Part shown: piece after piece, positions 1-9,695 of the stretch | Layout of the letters: each line of letters begins with the position of its first letter | Position numbering within the stretch: position 1 is the first letter of the stretch | DNA from: Escherichia coli | GTDB lineage: Bacteria; Pseudomonadota; Gammaproteobacteria; Enterobacterales; Enterobacteriaceae | Assembly: GCF_009931435.1 (NCBI RefSeq) | Contig: NZ_CP043414.1 | Length of the DNA stretch: 64,000 bases | Strand: one strand, 5' to 3' | The notes under the pieces: generated by a model | The model's input: the letters and a program-made list of their open reading frames with translations, nothing else | What the model was told of the DNA's origin: nothing | Database searches by the model: none | Program-made: the position numbers and the translations under genes

Positions 1-681
1 CCATTCATCGCCAGAATAGGTCGCATGGAAACGCTGGGCGAGATTCACCTGATAGCAATCACCGCTGTGCAGATATTCCTGTACCTGGCGAAATTTTTCG
101 CCGTACAGCTCGCGGGTCATATTGGATTGCCAGTCGGAAGTGAGCGTGAAATCTTCCTGCGGCGAGAATTGCTGGCTTTCCAGCCAGGCCCGACGGGCAT
201 TGACATCATTATGACTCAGCAAAGAAACTGTTTGACGCTGGTGGTCGACAATGAGCGCCCAGTCGTAGATACCCACAGCCATATCCGGCAGAACGATATC
301 TTGCTGCGCAATTTCTGGCAGTGACTCAAAACGGCGGCCCAGATCGTAGCCAAACAACCCCAGCGCGCCGCCCTGAAATGGCAAATCTTCGTTATGCGCT
401 GGGCGAATGTCTGCGCGATCCAGCACCTGCTGGAGCACCTGTAGCGGGTCATCAGTGGTCGTTGTGCGTTTTTCGCTTTCACTAACAACGGTTTCTTTAG
501 CGAAAGTAGTCAAAGTACAAATCGGCTCGGCGACCACAATATCAAAGCGGCTATATGGATGATCGGCATAGCCGGAGTGTAAAAGCATCGCCCACGGCAG
601 GTGGCTTAAGCGGGAGAAATAAAATTCAGCGGCGTCCTGACGCCAGGGTAAAGTAATCACAGCGGGAGATAACGTCTTCAT
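1..681 (-). CDS. pabB: Aminodeoxychorismate synthase component I, N-terminal part (gene runs off the window start)
   Basis: Hand translation of the minus strand from ATG at 679..681 gives MKTLSPAVITLPWRQDAAEFYFSRLSHLPWAMLLHSGYADHPYSRFDIVVAEP..., open to position 1; not in ORF track because no stop lies in the window. Confidence 0.85.
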   Translation of the reverse strand, partial: MKTLSPAVITLPWRQDAAEFYFSRLSHLPWAMLLHSGYADHPYSRFDIVVAEPICTLTTFAKETVVSESEKRTTTTDDPLQVLQQVLDRADIRPAHNEDLPFQGGALGLFGYDLGRRFESLPEIAQQDIVLPDMAVGIYDWALIVDHQRQTVSLLSHNDVNARRAWLESQQFSPQEDFTLTSDWQSNMTRELYGEKFRQVQEYLHSGDCYQVNLAQRFHATYSGDEW

Positions 682-754
682 CAGTCCTGACTCTACTGGC
701 TAAGTGCCGGGTAGCATGAAATAATTAGCGCCAACAATTTAGCAGGAGTTAACA

Positions 755-934
755 ATGTTTGCAGGTTTACCTTCACTCACCCATGAACAGCAGCAAAAAG
801 CCGTCGAGCGGATCCAGGAACTGATGGCACAAGGGATGAGCAGCGGCCAGGCAATCGCGTTGGTGGCCGAAGAGCTGCGTGCCAACCACTCTGGCGAACG
901 AATTGTGGCGCGTTTTGAGGATGAAGACGAGTAA
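755..934 (+). CDS. yoaH: UPF0181 small protein YoaH (59 aa)
   Basis: Hand translation: [59 protein letters not shown]; SD-like AGGAG 7 bp upstream; below ORF-track size cutoff. Confidence 0.8.
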
Positions 935-1053
935 GACTCTAATCCGTATTGATTTCGTTATAGAAGCCGATGATTATTTGATTGTGAGAAAAAGGACGCT
1001 TTTTATATGTGGTTAAAAGCGTCCTGCCCCATTTATGCTGATGTAAATTTAAC

Positions 1054-1353
1054 TCAGACCAGTGCTTTTAGTTCTTCCTGCATATATGTTGAAAAGTATT
1101 CAGGATTTTTAATCACAGAGCGTTCACCAGACTCCATTTTTTTTGCCCATCCAACCATTTTTTCCGTGAACCCAGGGTTCCAGCCTTCCTGGTCAGCTCG
1201 CGCCGTAATATCAGCGGCACTCGCGGGTACTCCCAGTTCTTTCAAATATTTAAAGATTCCCTTCGCCGTGCTTTCATTCATCGAACTTGGTGTTGGCGCT
1301 GATACATCCATGGCACCAATGAAATCCAGGGCTTTATCTATTACAGCAGGCAT
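1054..1353 (-). CDS. yoaC: DUF1889 family protein YoaC
   Basis: ORF 1054..1413; start set at internal Met (MPAVIDKALDF...) to give 99 aa as in K-12. Confidence 0.75.
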   Translation of the reverse strand: MPAVIDKALDFIGAMDVSAPTPSSMNESTAKGIFKYLKELGVPASAADITARADQEGWNPGFTEKMVGWAKKMESGERSVIKNPEYFSTYMQEELKALV

Positions 1354-1773
1354 ATTCTTATCCTTAAAATTAACCATGTTATCGATAAGGCTATATATGA
1401 CCTTAATTTGCATCTAATATCAAAGGGATTATAACGATATGGCACGAGTTAACCTGTTGACATTCAGGTGTTTTAAAGGTAGCAGCTCATGGTGTGTTAT
1501 CCAGTAAGAGGGAGAAAATTAACGGTCAGTTCTCACGCTATAACCAGATGTTCAGCTAAGAAAGAAAACCAGAGATGCTAATCGAAGGGCGAACACAACG
1601 GCATTGTTATGTTTATTTATATAGTTAGTTTTATAGCTAAAATTGAAATTATAAAAATAAATAATGAATTAGCAGGAGCATCAACAGTAATATCTTAATC
1701 TCTGGTCGATTTATGTAAAACCGACCAGTATTATCGATAAATTATCGTCTGACTTATTTTGCTTCGATAAAGC

Positions 1774-2118
1774 TTACACCGCAGCCACAATCTTAATTTC
1801 AACTTTATACTTCGGGTTCATCAAACCCGCTTGTACCGTGCAGCGCACCGGCGCATGACCCGCGACAACCCAGGCATCCCACGCTTTATTCATCGCCGCG
1901 AAGTCGTTTTTATCAGCCAGGAAAATGGTGGCATCCAGAATGCTCGATTTATTGCTGCCCTGTTTTTCCAGCACGGCGTCAATCTGCGCCAGCGTGTTGG
2001 CGGTTTGCTCAAAGGCATTGGCGTCGAGGTTTTCCGGTACACCAGTGTAGTAGAGCGTGTTGTTGTGGATTACTACATCAGACCAGCGGGCTTCAGCATC
2101 GATACGAACGATAGTCAT
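1774..2118 (-). CDS. yoaB: RidA/YjgF-family protein YoaB
   Basis: ORF 1774..2166; start set at MTIVRIDAEARW (114 aa). Confidence 0.8.
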   Translation of the reverse strand: MTIVRIDAEARWSDVVIHNNTLYYTGVPENLDANAFEQTANTLAQIDAVLEKQGSNKSSILDATIFLADKNDFAAMNKAWDAWVVAGHAPVRCTVQAGLMNPKYKVEIKIVAAV

Positions 2119-2249
2119 CATTTTGTCCTCATTATCCTTCCATTTTCGTGCTGCAAAGACTGCCACAATGTGAGGTCGCCGTCACCACTTCAACTGGCGA
2201 AAGCGCCCTCATCCTGACATAATCCCTGTTCAAATCAACAGGGGGTAGT

Positions 2250-4160
2250 GTGACGGACGATTTTGCACCAGACGGTCAGCTGGCGAAAGCGATACCAGGC
2301 TTTAAGCCGCGAGAACCACAGCGTCAGATGGCGGTAGCCGTCGCCGGGGCGATAGATAAAAGCCAGCCGCTGGTGGTGGAGGCCGGAACCGGTACGGGCA
2401 AAACCTACGCTTACCTGGCCCCTGCGCTGCGGGCGAAAAAGAAAGTCATTATCTCGACCGGTTCAAAAGCGTTGCAGGATCAGCTCTACAGCCGCGATTT
2501 GCCAACGGTTTCAAAGGCGTTGAAATATACGGGCAACGTGGCGTTGCTGAAAGGGCGCTCTAACTACCTCTGCCTCGAACGTCTCGAACAGCAGGCGCTG
2601 GCGGGTGGCGATCTACCGGTACAGATTTTAAGCGATGTGATCCTGCTGCGCTCCTGGTCTAATCAAACAGTCGATGGTGATATCAGCACCTGCGTCAGCG
2701 TGGCGGAAGATTCACAGGCGTGGCCGCTGGTCACCAGCACCAACGACAACTGCCTTGGCAGCGACTGCCCGATGTATAAAGATTGCTTTGTGGTCAAAGC
2801 ACGCAAAAAAGCGATGGACGCCGATGTGGTGGTGGTAAACCATCATCTCTTTCTGGCGGATATGGTGGTGAAAGAGAGTGGATTTGGCGAACTGATCCCG
2901 GAAGCTGACGTGATGATCTTCGACGAAGCCCACCAACTGCCTGACATTGCCAGCCAGTATTTTGGTCAGTCACTCTCCAGTCGACAACTGCTCGACCTGG
3001 CAAAAGACATCACCATCGCCTACCGCACCGAATTAAAAGACACCCAGCAGTTACAAAAGTGCGCCGACCGCCTTGCCCAGAGCGCGCAGGATTTTCGCCT
3101 GCAATTAGGTGAGCCAGGTTATCGTGGCAACCTGCGCGAACTGTTAGCTAATCCGCAAATTCAGCGAGCATTTTTACTGCTCGATGACACCCTGGAACTT
3201 TGTTATGACGTGGCGAAACTGTCGCTGGGGCGTTCCGTCTTGCTGGATGCGGCATTTGAGCGCGCCACGTTGTATCGTACGCGGCTGAAACGGCTAAAAG
3301 AGATCAATCAGCCGGGCTACAGCTACTGGTACGAATGCACTTCGCGCCATTTTACTCTGGCACTCACGCCGCTTAGCGTGGCGGATAAATTCAAAGAATT
3401 AATGGCGCAAAAACCAGGTAGCTGGATCTTTACCTCAGCAACGCTGTCGGTGAATGACGATCTGCATCATTTTACCTCGCGGCTTGGCATTGAACAGGCA
3501 GAGTCGTTGCTGTTACCCAGCCCGTTTGATTACAGCCGCCAGGCGTTACTCTGTGTGCCGCGCAACCTGCCGCAAACCAATCAACCGGGCTCCGCACGGC
3601 AACTGGCGGCAATGTTGCGACCGATCATCGAAGCTAACAACGGTCGTTGTTTTATGCTTTGTACCTCGCACGCCATGATGCGCGATCTGGCCGAGCAGTT
3701 CCGCGCTACCATGACGCTTCCCGTGTTGTTGCAGGGGGAAACCAGCAAAGGCCAACTGCTACAGCAGTTTGTCAGCGCCGGTAACGCGCTGCTTGTGGCG
3801 ACCAGCAGTTTCTGGGAGGGGGTGGACGTGCGTGGCGATACATTGTCACTGGTGATTATCGACAAGTTGCCGTTTACCTCCCCGGATGACCCGTTGTTAA
3901 AAGCGCGCATGGAAGATTGCCGTTTGCGCGGTGGTGACCCGTTCGATGAAGTACAACTGCCGGATGCGGTCATTACTCTCAAGCAGGGAGTAGGGCGACT
4001 GATTCGCGACGCCGACGATCGAGGGGTTTTGGTGATTTGCGACAATCGGCTGGTGATGCGCCCTTACGGCGCGACGTTTCTCGCCAGTCTGCCGCCAGCG
4101 CCGCGCACCCGTGACATTGCCCGTGCGGTTCGTTTCCTTGCGATACCATCCTCCAGGTAA
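2250..4160 (+). CDS. yoaA: DinG-family ATP-dependent DNA helicase YoaA
   Basis: 636-aa ORF, GTG start; Walker A AGTGTGKT, DEAH-like box (MIFDEAHQL) and four-Cys Fe-S cluster region. Confidence 0.9.
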   Translation: MTDDFAPDGQLAKAIPGFKPREPQRQMAVAVAGAIDKSQPLVVEAGTGTGKTYAYLAPALRAKKKVIISTGSKALQDQLYSRDLPTVSKALKYTGNVALLKGRSNYLCLERLEQQALAGGDLPVQILSDVILLRSWSNQTVDGDISTCVSVAEDSQAWPLVTSTNDNCLGSDCPMYKDCFVVKARKKAMDADVVVVNHHLFLADMVVKESGFGELIPEADVMIFDEAHQLPDIASQYFGQSLSSRQLLDLAKDITIAYRTELKDTQQLQKCADRLAQSAQDFRLQLGEPGYRGNLRELLANPQIQRAFLLLDDTLELCYDVAKLSLGRSVLLDAAFERATLYRTRLKRLKEINQPGYSYWYECTSRHFTLALTPLSVADKFKELMAQKPGSWIFTSATLSVNDDLHHFTSRLGIEQAESLLLPSPFDYSRQALLCVPRNLPQTNQPGSARQLAAMLRPIIEANNGRCFMLCTSHAMMRDLAEQFRATMTLPVLLQGETSKGQLLQQFVSAGNALLVATSSFWEGVDVRGDTLSLVIIDKLPFTSPDDPLLKARMEDCRLRGGDPFDEVQLPDAVITLKQGVGRLIRDADDRGVLVICDNRLVMRPYGATFLASLPPAPRTRDIARAVRFLAIPSSR

Positions 4161-4217
4161 TTTGTGATGGAGTATGGTATGATGCGCGCCTTTTTATTGA
4201 TCTAAGCACGAAGACCC

Positions 4218-4913
4218 ATGCGAATTCTGGCTATCGATACCGCGACAGAGGCCTGCTCTGTCGCCCTGTGGAACGACGGCACTGTCAACGCTCATTTTGA
4301 GCTTTGCCCTCGTGAACATACTCAACGAATCTTACCGATGGTGCAGGATATCCTGACCACCAGCGGAACTTCCCTGACGGACATAAATGCTCTGGCTTAC
4401 GGGCGCGGCCCCGGTAGCTTTACCGGCGTGCGCATTGGTATTGGCATTGCGCAAGGGCTGGCGCTTGGCGCGGAATTACCGATGATTGGCGTCTCCACGC
4501 TAATGACGATGGCGCAAGGGGCGTGGCGCAAAAACGGCGCAACCCGCGTGCTGGCAGCCATTGACGCGCGAATGGGCGAAGTTTACTGGGCCGAATATCA
4601 GCGTGATGAAAATGGTATCTGGCACGGTGAAGAAACCGAAGCCGTACTCAAACCTGAACTCGTTCATGAACGGATGCAACAGCTTTCCGGCGAATGGGTG
4701 ACGGTAGGGACGGGCTGGCAAGCCTGGCCGGATCTCGGTAAAGAGAGCGGTTTGGCCCTGCGCGATGGCGAAGTGTTACTGCCCGCTGCAGAAGATATGC
4801 TGCCGATTGCTTGTCAGATGTTTGCCGAGGGTAAAACGGTGGCGGTGGAACATGCCGAACCGGTTTATTTACGTAACAACGTCGCATGGAAGAAACTTCC
4901 GGGCAAAGAATGA
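4218..4913 (+). CDS. tsaB: tRNA t6A37 threonylcarbamoyladenosine biosynthesis protein TsaB (YeaZ)
   Basis: 231-aa [21 protein letters not shown]... Confidence 0.9.
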   Translation: MRILAIDTATEACSVALWNDGTVNAHFELCPREHTQRILPMVQDILTTSGTSLTDINALAYGRGPGSFTGVRIGIGIAQGLALGAELPMIGVSTLMTMAQGAWRKNGATRVLAAIDARMGEVYWAEYQRDENGIWHGEETEAVLKPELVHERMQQLSGEWVTVGTGWQAWPDLGKESGLALRDGEVLLPAAEDMLPIACQMFAEGKTVAVEHAEPVYLRNNVAWKKLPGKE

Positions 4914-4952
4914 ATCTTAAGAGTATGCCCTGAGAAAAAAAGGAGTCGCATC

Positions 4953-5534
4953 ATGGCGGTTCAAAAGAATGTTATCAAAGGCATACTGGCAGGTACGTTT
5001 GCGCTAATGCTCAGCGGTTGTGTCACTGTGCCGGACGCCATTAAAGGCAACAGTCCCACGCCGCAACAAGATTTAGTTCGGGTAATGAGTGCGCCGCAGC
5101 TGTACGTTGGTCAGGAGGCACGCTTTGGCGGCAAAGTGGTTGCGGTACAAAACCAGCAAGGGAAAACCCGCCTGGAAATTGCCACCGTACCGCTGGACAG
5201 TGGAGCCAGACCGACGCTGGGAGAACCTTCTCGCGGTCGCATTTATGCCGATGTGAACGGTTTTCTGGATCCGCTAGATTTTCGTGGACAATTGGTCACG
5301 GTAGTTGGACCAATCACCGGTGCGGTTGACGGCAAAATCGGCAACACGCCCTATAAATTTATGGTGATGCAGGTAACGGGTTACAAACGTTGGCATTTAA
5401 CCCAGCAGGTGATTATGCCGCCTCAGCCGATTGATCCATGGTTTTATGGCGGTCGTGGCTGGCCCTATGGCTACGGTGGATGGGGCTGGTATAATCCCGG
5501 CCCCGCGAGAGTACAAACTGTTGTAACTGAATAA
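4953..5534 (+). CDS. yeaY: Slp-family outer-membrane lipoprotein YeaY
   Basis: 193-aa ORF with lipobox LSGC signal peptide. Confidence 0.85.
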   Translation: MAVQKNVIKGILAGTFALMLSGCVTVPDAIKGNSPTPQQDLVRVMSAPQLYVGQEARFGGKVVAVQNQQGKTRLEIATVPLDSGARPTLGEPSRGRIYADVNGFLDPLDFRGQLVTVVGPITGAVDGKIGNTPYKFMVMQVTGYKRWHLTQQVIMPPQPIDPWFYGGRGWPYGYGGWGWYNPGPARVQTVVTE

Positions 5535-5555
5535 TTGCTTGTTTTTAAAGAAAAA

Positions 5556-5590
5556 GAAACAGCGGCTGGTCCGCTGTTTCTGCATTCTTA
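5556..5590 (+). terminator. Rho-independent terminator downstream of yeaY
   Basis: Hairpin gaaacagcgg-ctggt-ccgctgtttc followed by a T-rich tract; overlaps a FadR-like motif. Confidence 0.5.
5563..5579 (+). promoter_or_regulatory. Putative distal FadR operator of fadD
   Basis: GGCTGGTCCGCTGTTTC resembles FadR consensus (CTGGTC-GA-TGTT); about 87 bp upstream of the second site, matching the two-operator architecture known for fadD. Confidence 0.4.
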
Positions 5591-5649
5591 CGGTAAAGAT
5601 AAAAATAAATAGTGACGCGCTTCGCAACCTTTTCGTTGGGTAATTATCA

Positions 5650-5666
5650 AGCTGGTATGATGAGTT
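5650..5666 (+). promoter_or_regulatory. Putative proximal FadR operator of fadD
   Basis: AGCTGGTATGATGAGTT, FadR-like half-sites, 73 bp upstream of the fadD TTG start. Confidence 0.45.
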
Positions 5667-5738
5667 AATATTATGTTAACAGCATGTATATCATTTGGGG
5701 TTGCGATGACGACGAACACGCATTTTAGAGGTGAAGAA

Positions 5739-7424
5739 TTGAAGAAGGTTTGGCTTAACCGTTATCCCGCGGACGTTCCGACGGAGATCAACCCTGACCG
5801 TTATCAATCTCTGGTAGATATGTTTGAGCAGTCGGTCGCGCGCTACGCCGATCAACCCGCGTTTGTGAATATGGGGGAGGTGATGACCTTCCGCAAACTG
5901 GAAGAACGCAGTCGCGCGTTTGCCGCTTATTTGCAACAAGGGTTGGGACTGAAGAAAGGCGATCGCGTTGCGTTGATGATGCCTAATTTATTGCAATATC
6001 CGGTGGCGCTGTTTGGCATTTTGCGTGCCGGGATGATCGTTGTAAACGTTAACCCGTTGTATACCCCGCGTGAGCTGGAGCATCAGCTTAACGATAGCGG
6101 CGCATCAGCGATTGTTATCGTGTCTAATTTTGCCCACACTCTGGAAAAAGTGGTTGATAAAACCGCCGTTCAGCACGTTATTCTGACCCGTATGGGCGAT
6201 CAGCTATCCACGGCAAAAGGCACGGTAGTCAACTTCGTTGTTAAATACATCAAGCGTCTGGTGCCGAAATACCATCTGCCAGATGCCATCTCATTTCGCA
6301 GCGCACTGCATAACGGCTACCGGATGCAGTACGTCAAACCCGAACTGGTGCCAGAAGATTTAGCTTTCCTGCAATATACCGGCGGTACCACTGGTGTGGC
6401 GAAGGGCGCGATGCTGACTCACCGCAATATGCTGGCGAATCTGGAACAAGTTAACGCGACTTATGGGCCGCTGTTGCATCCGGGCAAAGAGCTGGTGGTG
6501 ACGGCACTGCCGCTGTATCACATTTTTGCTCTGACCATTAACTGCCTGCTGTTTATTGAACTGGGTGGGCAGAACCTGCTTATCACTAACCCGCGCGATA
6601 TTCCGGGGTTGGTAAAAGAGTTAGCGAAATATCCGTTTACCGCGATAACCGGCGTTAACACCTTGTTCAATGCGTTGCTGAACAATAAAGAGTTCCAGCA
6701 GCTGGATTTCTCCAGTCTGCATCTTTCTGCAGGCGGTGGTATGCCTGTTCAACAAGTGGTGGCTGAACGTTGGGTGAAACTGACCGGACAGTATCTGCTG
6801 GAAGGTTATGGCCTGACCGAGTGTGCGCCGCTGGTCAGCGTTAACCCGTATGATATTGATTATCATAGTGGTAGCATCGGTTTGCCGGTGCCGTCGACGG
6901 AAGCCAAACTGGTGGATGATGATGATAATGAAGTACCACCGGGTCAACCGGGTGAGCTTTGTGTCAAAGGACCGCAGGTGATGCTGGGTTACTGGCAGCG
7001 TCCGGATGCTACCGATGAAATCATCAAAAATGGCTGGTTACACACCGGCGATATCGCGGTGATGGATGAAGAAGGATTCCTGCGCATTGTCGATCGTAAA
7101 AAAGACATGATTCTGGTTTCCGGTTTTAATGTCTATCCCAACGAAATTGAAGATGTCGTCATGCAGCATCCTGGCGTACAGGAAGTCGCAGCTGTTGGCG
7201 TACCTTCCGGCTCCAGTGGTGAAGCGGTGAAAATCTTCGTAGTGAAAAAAGATCCATCGCTTACCGAAGAGTCACTGGTGACCTTTTGCCGCCGTCAGCT
7301 CACGGGCTACAAAGTACCGAAGCTGGTGGAGTTTCGTGATGAGTTACCGAAATCTAACGTCGGAAAAATTTTGCGACGAGAATTACGTGACGAAGCGCGC
7401 GGCAAAGTGGACAATAAAGCCTGA
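5739..7424 (+). CDS. fadD: Long-chain fatty acid--CoA ligase
   Basis: ORF 5673..7424; start set at in-frame TTG ([13 protein letters not shown]...) for 561 aa; AMP-binding motif [12 protein letters not shown]. Confidence 0.85.
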
Positions 7425-7443
7425 GCGTTAAGTCAGTCGTCAG

Positions 7444-7469
7444 ACGCCGGTTAATCCGGCGTTTTTTTT
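7444..7469 (+). terminator. Rho-independent terminator of fadD
   Basis: acgccgg-ttaat-ccggcgt stem followed by T8. Confidence 0.6.
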
Positions 7470-7493
7470 GACGCCCACTAAAGAGAATACAAT

Positions 7494-8621
7494 TTGAATT
7501 ACCAAATGATTACCACGGACGATGCGCTGGCTTCTTTGTGTGAAGCCGTCCGTGCCTTTCCGGCGATAGCCCTGGATACTGAATTTGTTCGTACGCGCAC
7601 CTATTACCCGCAACTGGGTCTAATTCAACTTTTTGATGGTGAGCATCTGGCGCTAATTGATCCTCTCGGGATCTCCGACTGGTCACCGCTGAAAGCGATA
7701 CTGCGCGATCAGTCCATCACAAAATTTCTCCATGCGGGCAGTGAAGATCTGGAAGTGTTCCTCAATGTCTTTGGCGAATTACCACAACCCCTGATTGACA
7801 CGCAAATCCTTGCTGCCTTCTGCGGACGCCCGATGTCATGGGGTTTTGCTTCCATGGTGGAAGAGTATTCCGGCGTTACGCTGGACAAGAGTGAATCGCG
7901 CACCGACTGGCTGGCCAGACCGCTGACTGAACGTCAGTGTGAATACGCAGCGGCGGATGTCTGGTATCTGTTACCGATCACCGCAAAGCTTATGGTAGAA
8001 ACGGAGGCCTCCGGCTGGCTACCTGCGGCGCTGGATGAATGCCGCCTGATGCAAATGCGTCGTCAGGAAGTCGTTGCACCGGAAGATGCCTGGCGTGATA
8101 TCACCAATGCCTGGCAGTTACGCACACGCCAGCTAGCCTGTTTGCAACTGTTAGCCGACTGGCGACTGCGCAAGGCGCGGGAGCGCGATTTGGCAGTGAA
8201 CTTTGTTGTGCGTGAAGAGCATTTGTGGTCGGTAGCACGTTATATGCCGGGAAGTCTTGGCGAACTGGATAGCCTGGGCTTATCCGGTAGCGAAATCCGC
8301 TTTCACGGTAAAACGCTGCTGGCGCTGGTGGAAAAAGCGCAGACATTGCCGGAAGAGGCCTTACCGCAGCCGATGCTTAACCTGATGGACATGCCGGGTT
8401 ATCGTAAAGCGTTTAAAGCGATTAAGTCGCTGATTACTGACGTGAGCGAAACACACAAGATCAGCGCCGAATTGCTGGCATCGCGTCGGCAAATCAACCA
8501 GCTGCTGAACTGGCACTGGAAACTGAAACCGCAGAACAATTTGCCGGAGCTGATTTCCGGCTGGCGTGGTGAGCTGATGGCGGAAGCATTACACAATTTA
8601 TTGCAGGAATATCCACAGTAA
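7494..8621 (+). CDS. rnd: Ribonuclease D
   Basis: 375-aa ORF MNYQMITTDDALASLCEAV...; DEDD 3-5 exonuclease plus HRDC architecture. Confidence 0.9.
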   Translation: MNYQMITTDDALASLCEAVRAFPAIALDTEFVRTRTYYPQLGLIQLFDGEHLALIDPLGISDWSPLKAILRDQSITKFLHAGSEDLEVFLNVFGELPQPLIDTQILAAFCGRPMSWGFASMVEEYSGVTLDKSESRTDWLARPLTERQCEYAAADVWYLLPITAKLMVETEASGWLPAALDECRLMQMRRQEVVAPEDAWRDITNAWQLRTRQLACLQLLADWRLRKARERDLAVNFVVREEHLWSVARYMPGSLGELDSLGLSGSEIRFHGKTLLALVEKAQTLPEEALPQPMLNLMDMPGYRKAFKAIKSLITDVSETHKISAELLASRRQINQLLNWHWKLKPQNNLPELISGWRGELMAEALHNLLQEYPQ

Positions 8622-8627
8622 AATCTT

Positions 8628-8670
8628 CCGAAGCCGGACTGGGCGCGCTCAGCGCCACATCCGGCTTCGG
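8628..8670. terminator. Stem-loop between convergent rnd and yeaX (possible bidirectional terminator)
   Basis: ccgaagccgg ... ccggcttcgg long inverted repeat; no clean U-tract on either strand. Confidence 0.35.
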
Positions 8671-8674
8671 CAAA

Positions 8675-9640
8675 CTACAAATCCAACACCAGGCGTTTAC
8701 CCTTCGCGCGTGAACAACAGATCAACATACTTTGCTGGCTGGCACGCTCTTCATCGCTAAAATACTGATCCCGATGGTCAGCTTCACCTTCCAGTATTGC
8801 CGTTTCGCAGGTTCCGCATACCCCTTCACGACATAAACATTCCACTTTCGCTGCTTTACTATTTTCAATAACCTGCAAAATAGTCATCTCTTCCGGCACC
8901 ACAAACTCTTTTCCGGAACGGGCAAGCACCAGCGTAAATGCATCGCCGGTTTTGTCTTCGATAGCAAATTGCTCAAAGTGCAGCGTATCGGTGGCGATGT
9001 CCAGACGCGCAGCTTCACTTCTTACCGCCTCATTTAGCGCCTCGGGGCCACAGGTATAAACATGTGTGCCAGGTTCGATATCCGCCAATAATCGCGCTAA
9101 TTCCAGTCGTGTTCCGGTTGATGAATGATGCAAATGGACTTTCTCGGCCTGCGGATGCTGGACTAGCTCATCACGAAATGCGCAACTTTCTGGATTTCGC
9201 GAGCAGTAATGTAACTGCCAGTCGACGTCGCTGTATTGCAACTCTGCCATGTGCGACAGGAAAGGGGTGATACCAATACCGCCCGCGATAAATAGATGCT
9301 TTCTGGCCGAGGGAATTAGCGCAAACAGATTATTAGGCGTCGAAATGGTCAACCGATCGCCTGCTTTCACCTGCTGATGCAAAAAGCGCGAACCACCGCG
9401 CGAGTTTTCTTCCAGCCGAACGGCAATCTGATAACGAGACGTATCGAGTGGCGAACTCAGCAGTGAGTACGCATTGCTGTACTGGTTATCACCATCGCTC
9501 ATCTGCACAATGATGTGACTTCCTCCAGTAAACGCAGGTAATGGTTTGCCATCGGTTGCCACCAGCGTGAAGCGTTTCACCTGTTCGGTAAGGGGGTCAA
9601 CCTGACTCACCTGTACTTCAAACATTTGATAGTCTGACAT
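8675..9640 (-). CDS. yeaX: Carnitine monooxygenase reductase subunit (FMN/2Fe-2S ferredoxin reductase, CntB-like)
   Basis: 321-aa ORF; C-terminal plant-type ferredoxin cysteine motif CREGVCGTCE. Confidence 0.85.
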   Translation of the reverse strand: MSDYQMFEVQVSQVDPLTEQVKRFTLVATDGKPLPAFTGGSHIIVQMSDGDNQYSNAYSLLSSPLDTSRYQIAVRLEENSRGGSRFLHQQVKAGDRLTISTPNNLFALIPSARKHLFIAGGIGITPFLSHMAELQYSDVDWQLHYCSRNPESCAFRDELVQHPQAEKVHLHHSSTGTRLELARLLADIEPGTHVYTCGPEALNEAVRSEAARLDIATDTLHFEQFAIEDKTGDAFTLVLARSGKEFVVPEEMTILQVIENSKAAKVECLCREGVCGTCETAILEGEADHRDQYFSDEERASQQSMLICCSRAKGKRLVLDL

Positions 9641-9695
9641 TGCTGTACTCCATCAAAAATCAGCCCAGCGGCGGAAAATACCGCCGCCGATGTCA

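Noticed and set aside
25-488. ORFs 25..324 (+) and 216..488 (-) at the window start
   Set aside because: Both lie inside, and out of frame or antisense to, the partial pabB coding sequence, which gives a clear PabB N-terminus when translated by hand.
1007-1417. 136-aa plus-strand ORF
   Set aside because: Fully antisense to yoaC; low-complexity product; yoaC is the conserved frame.
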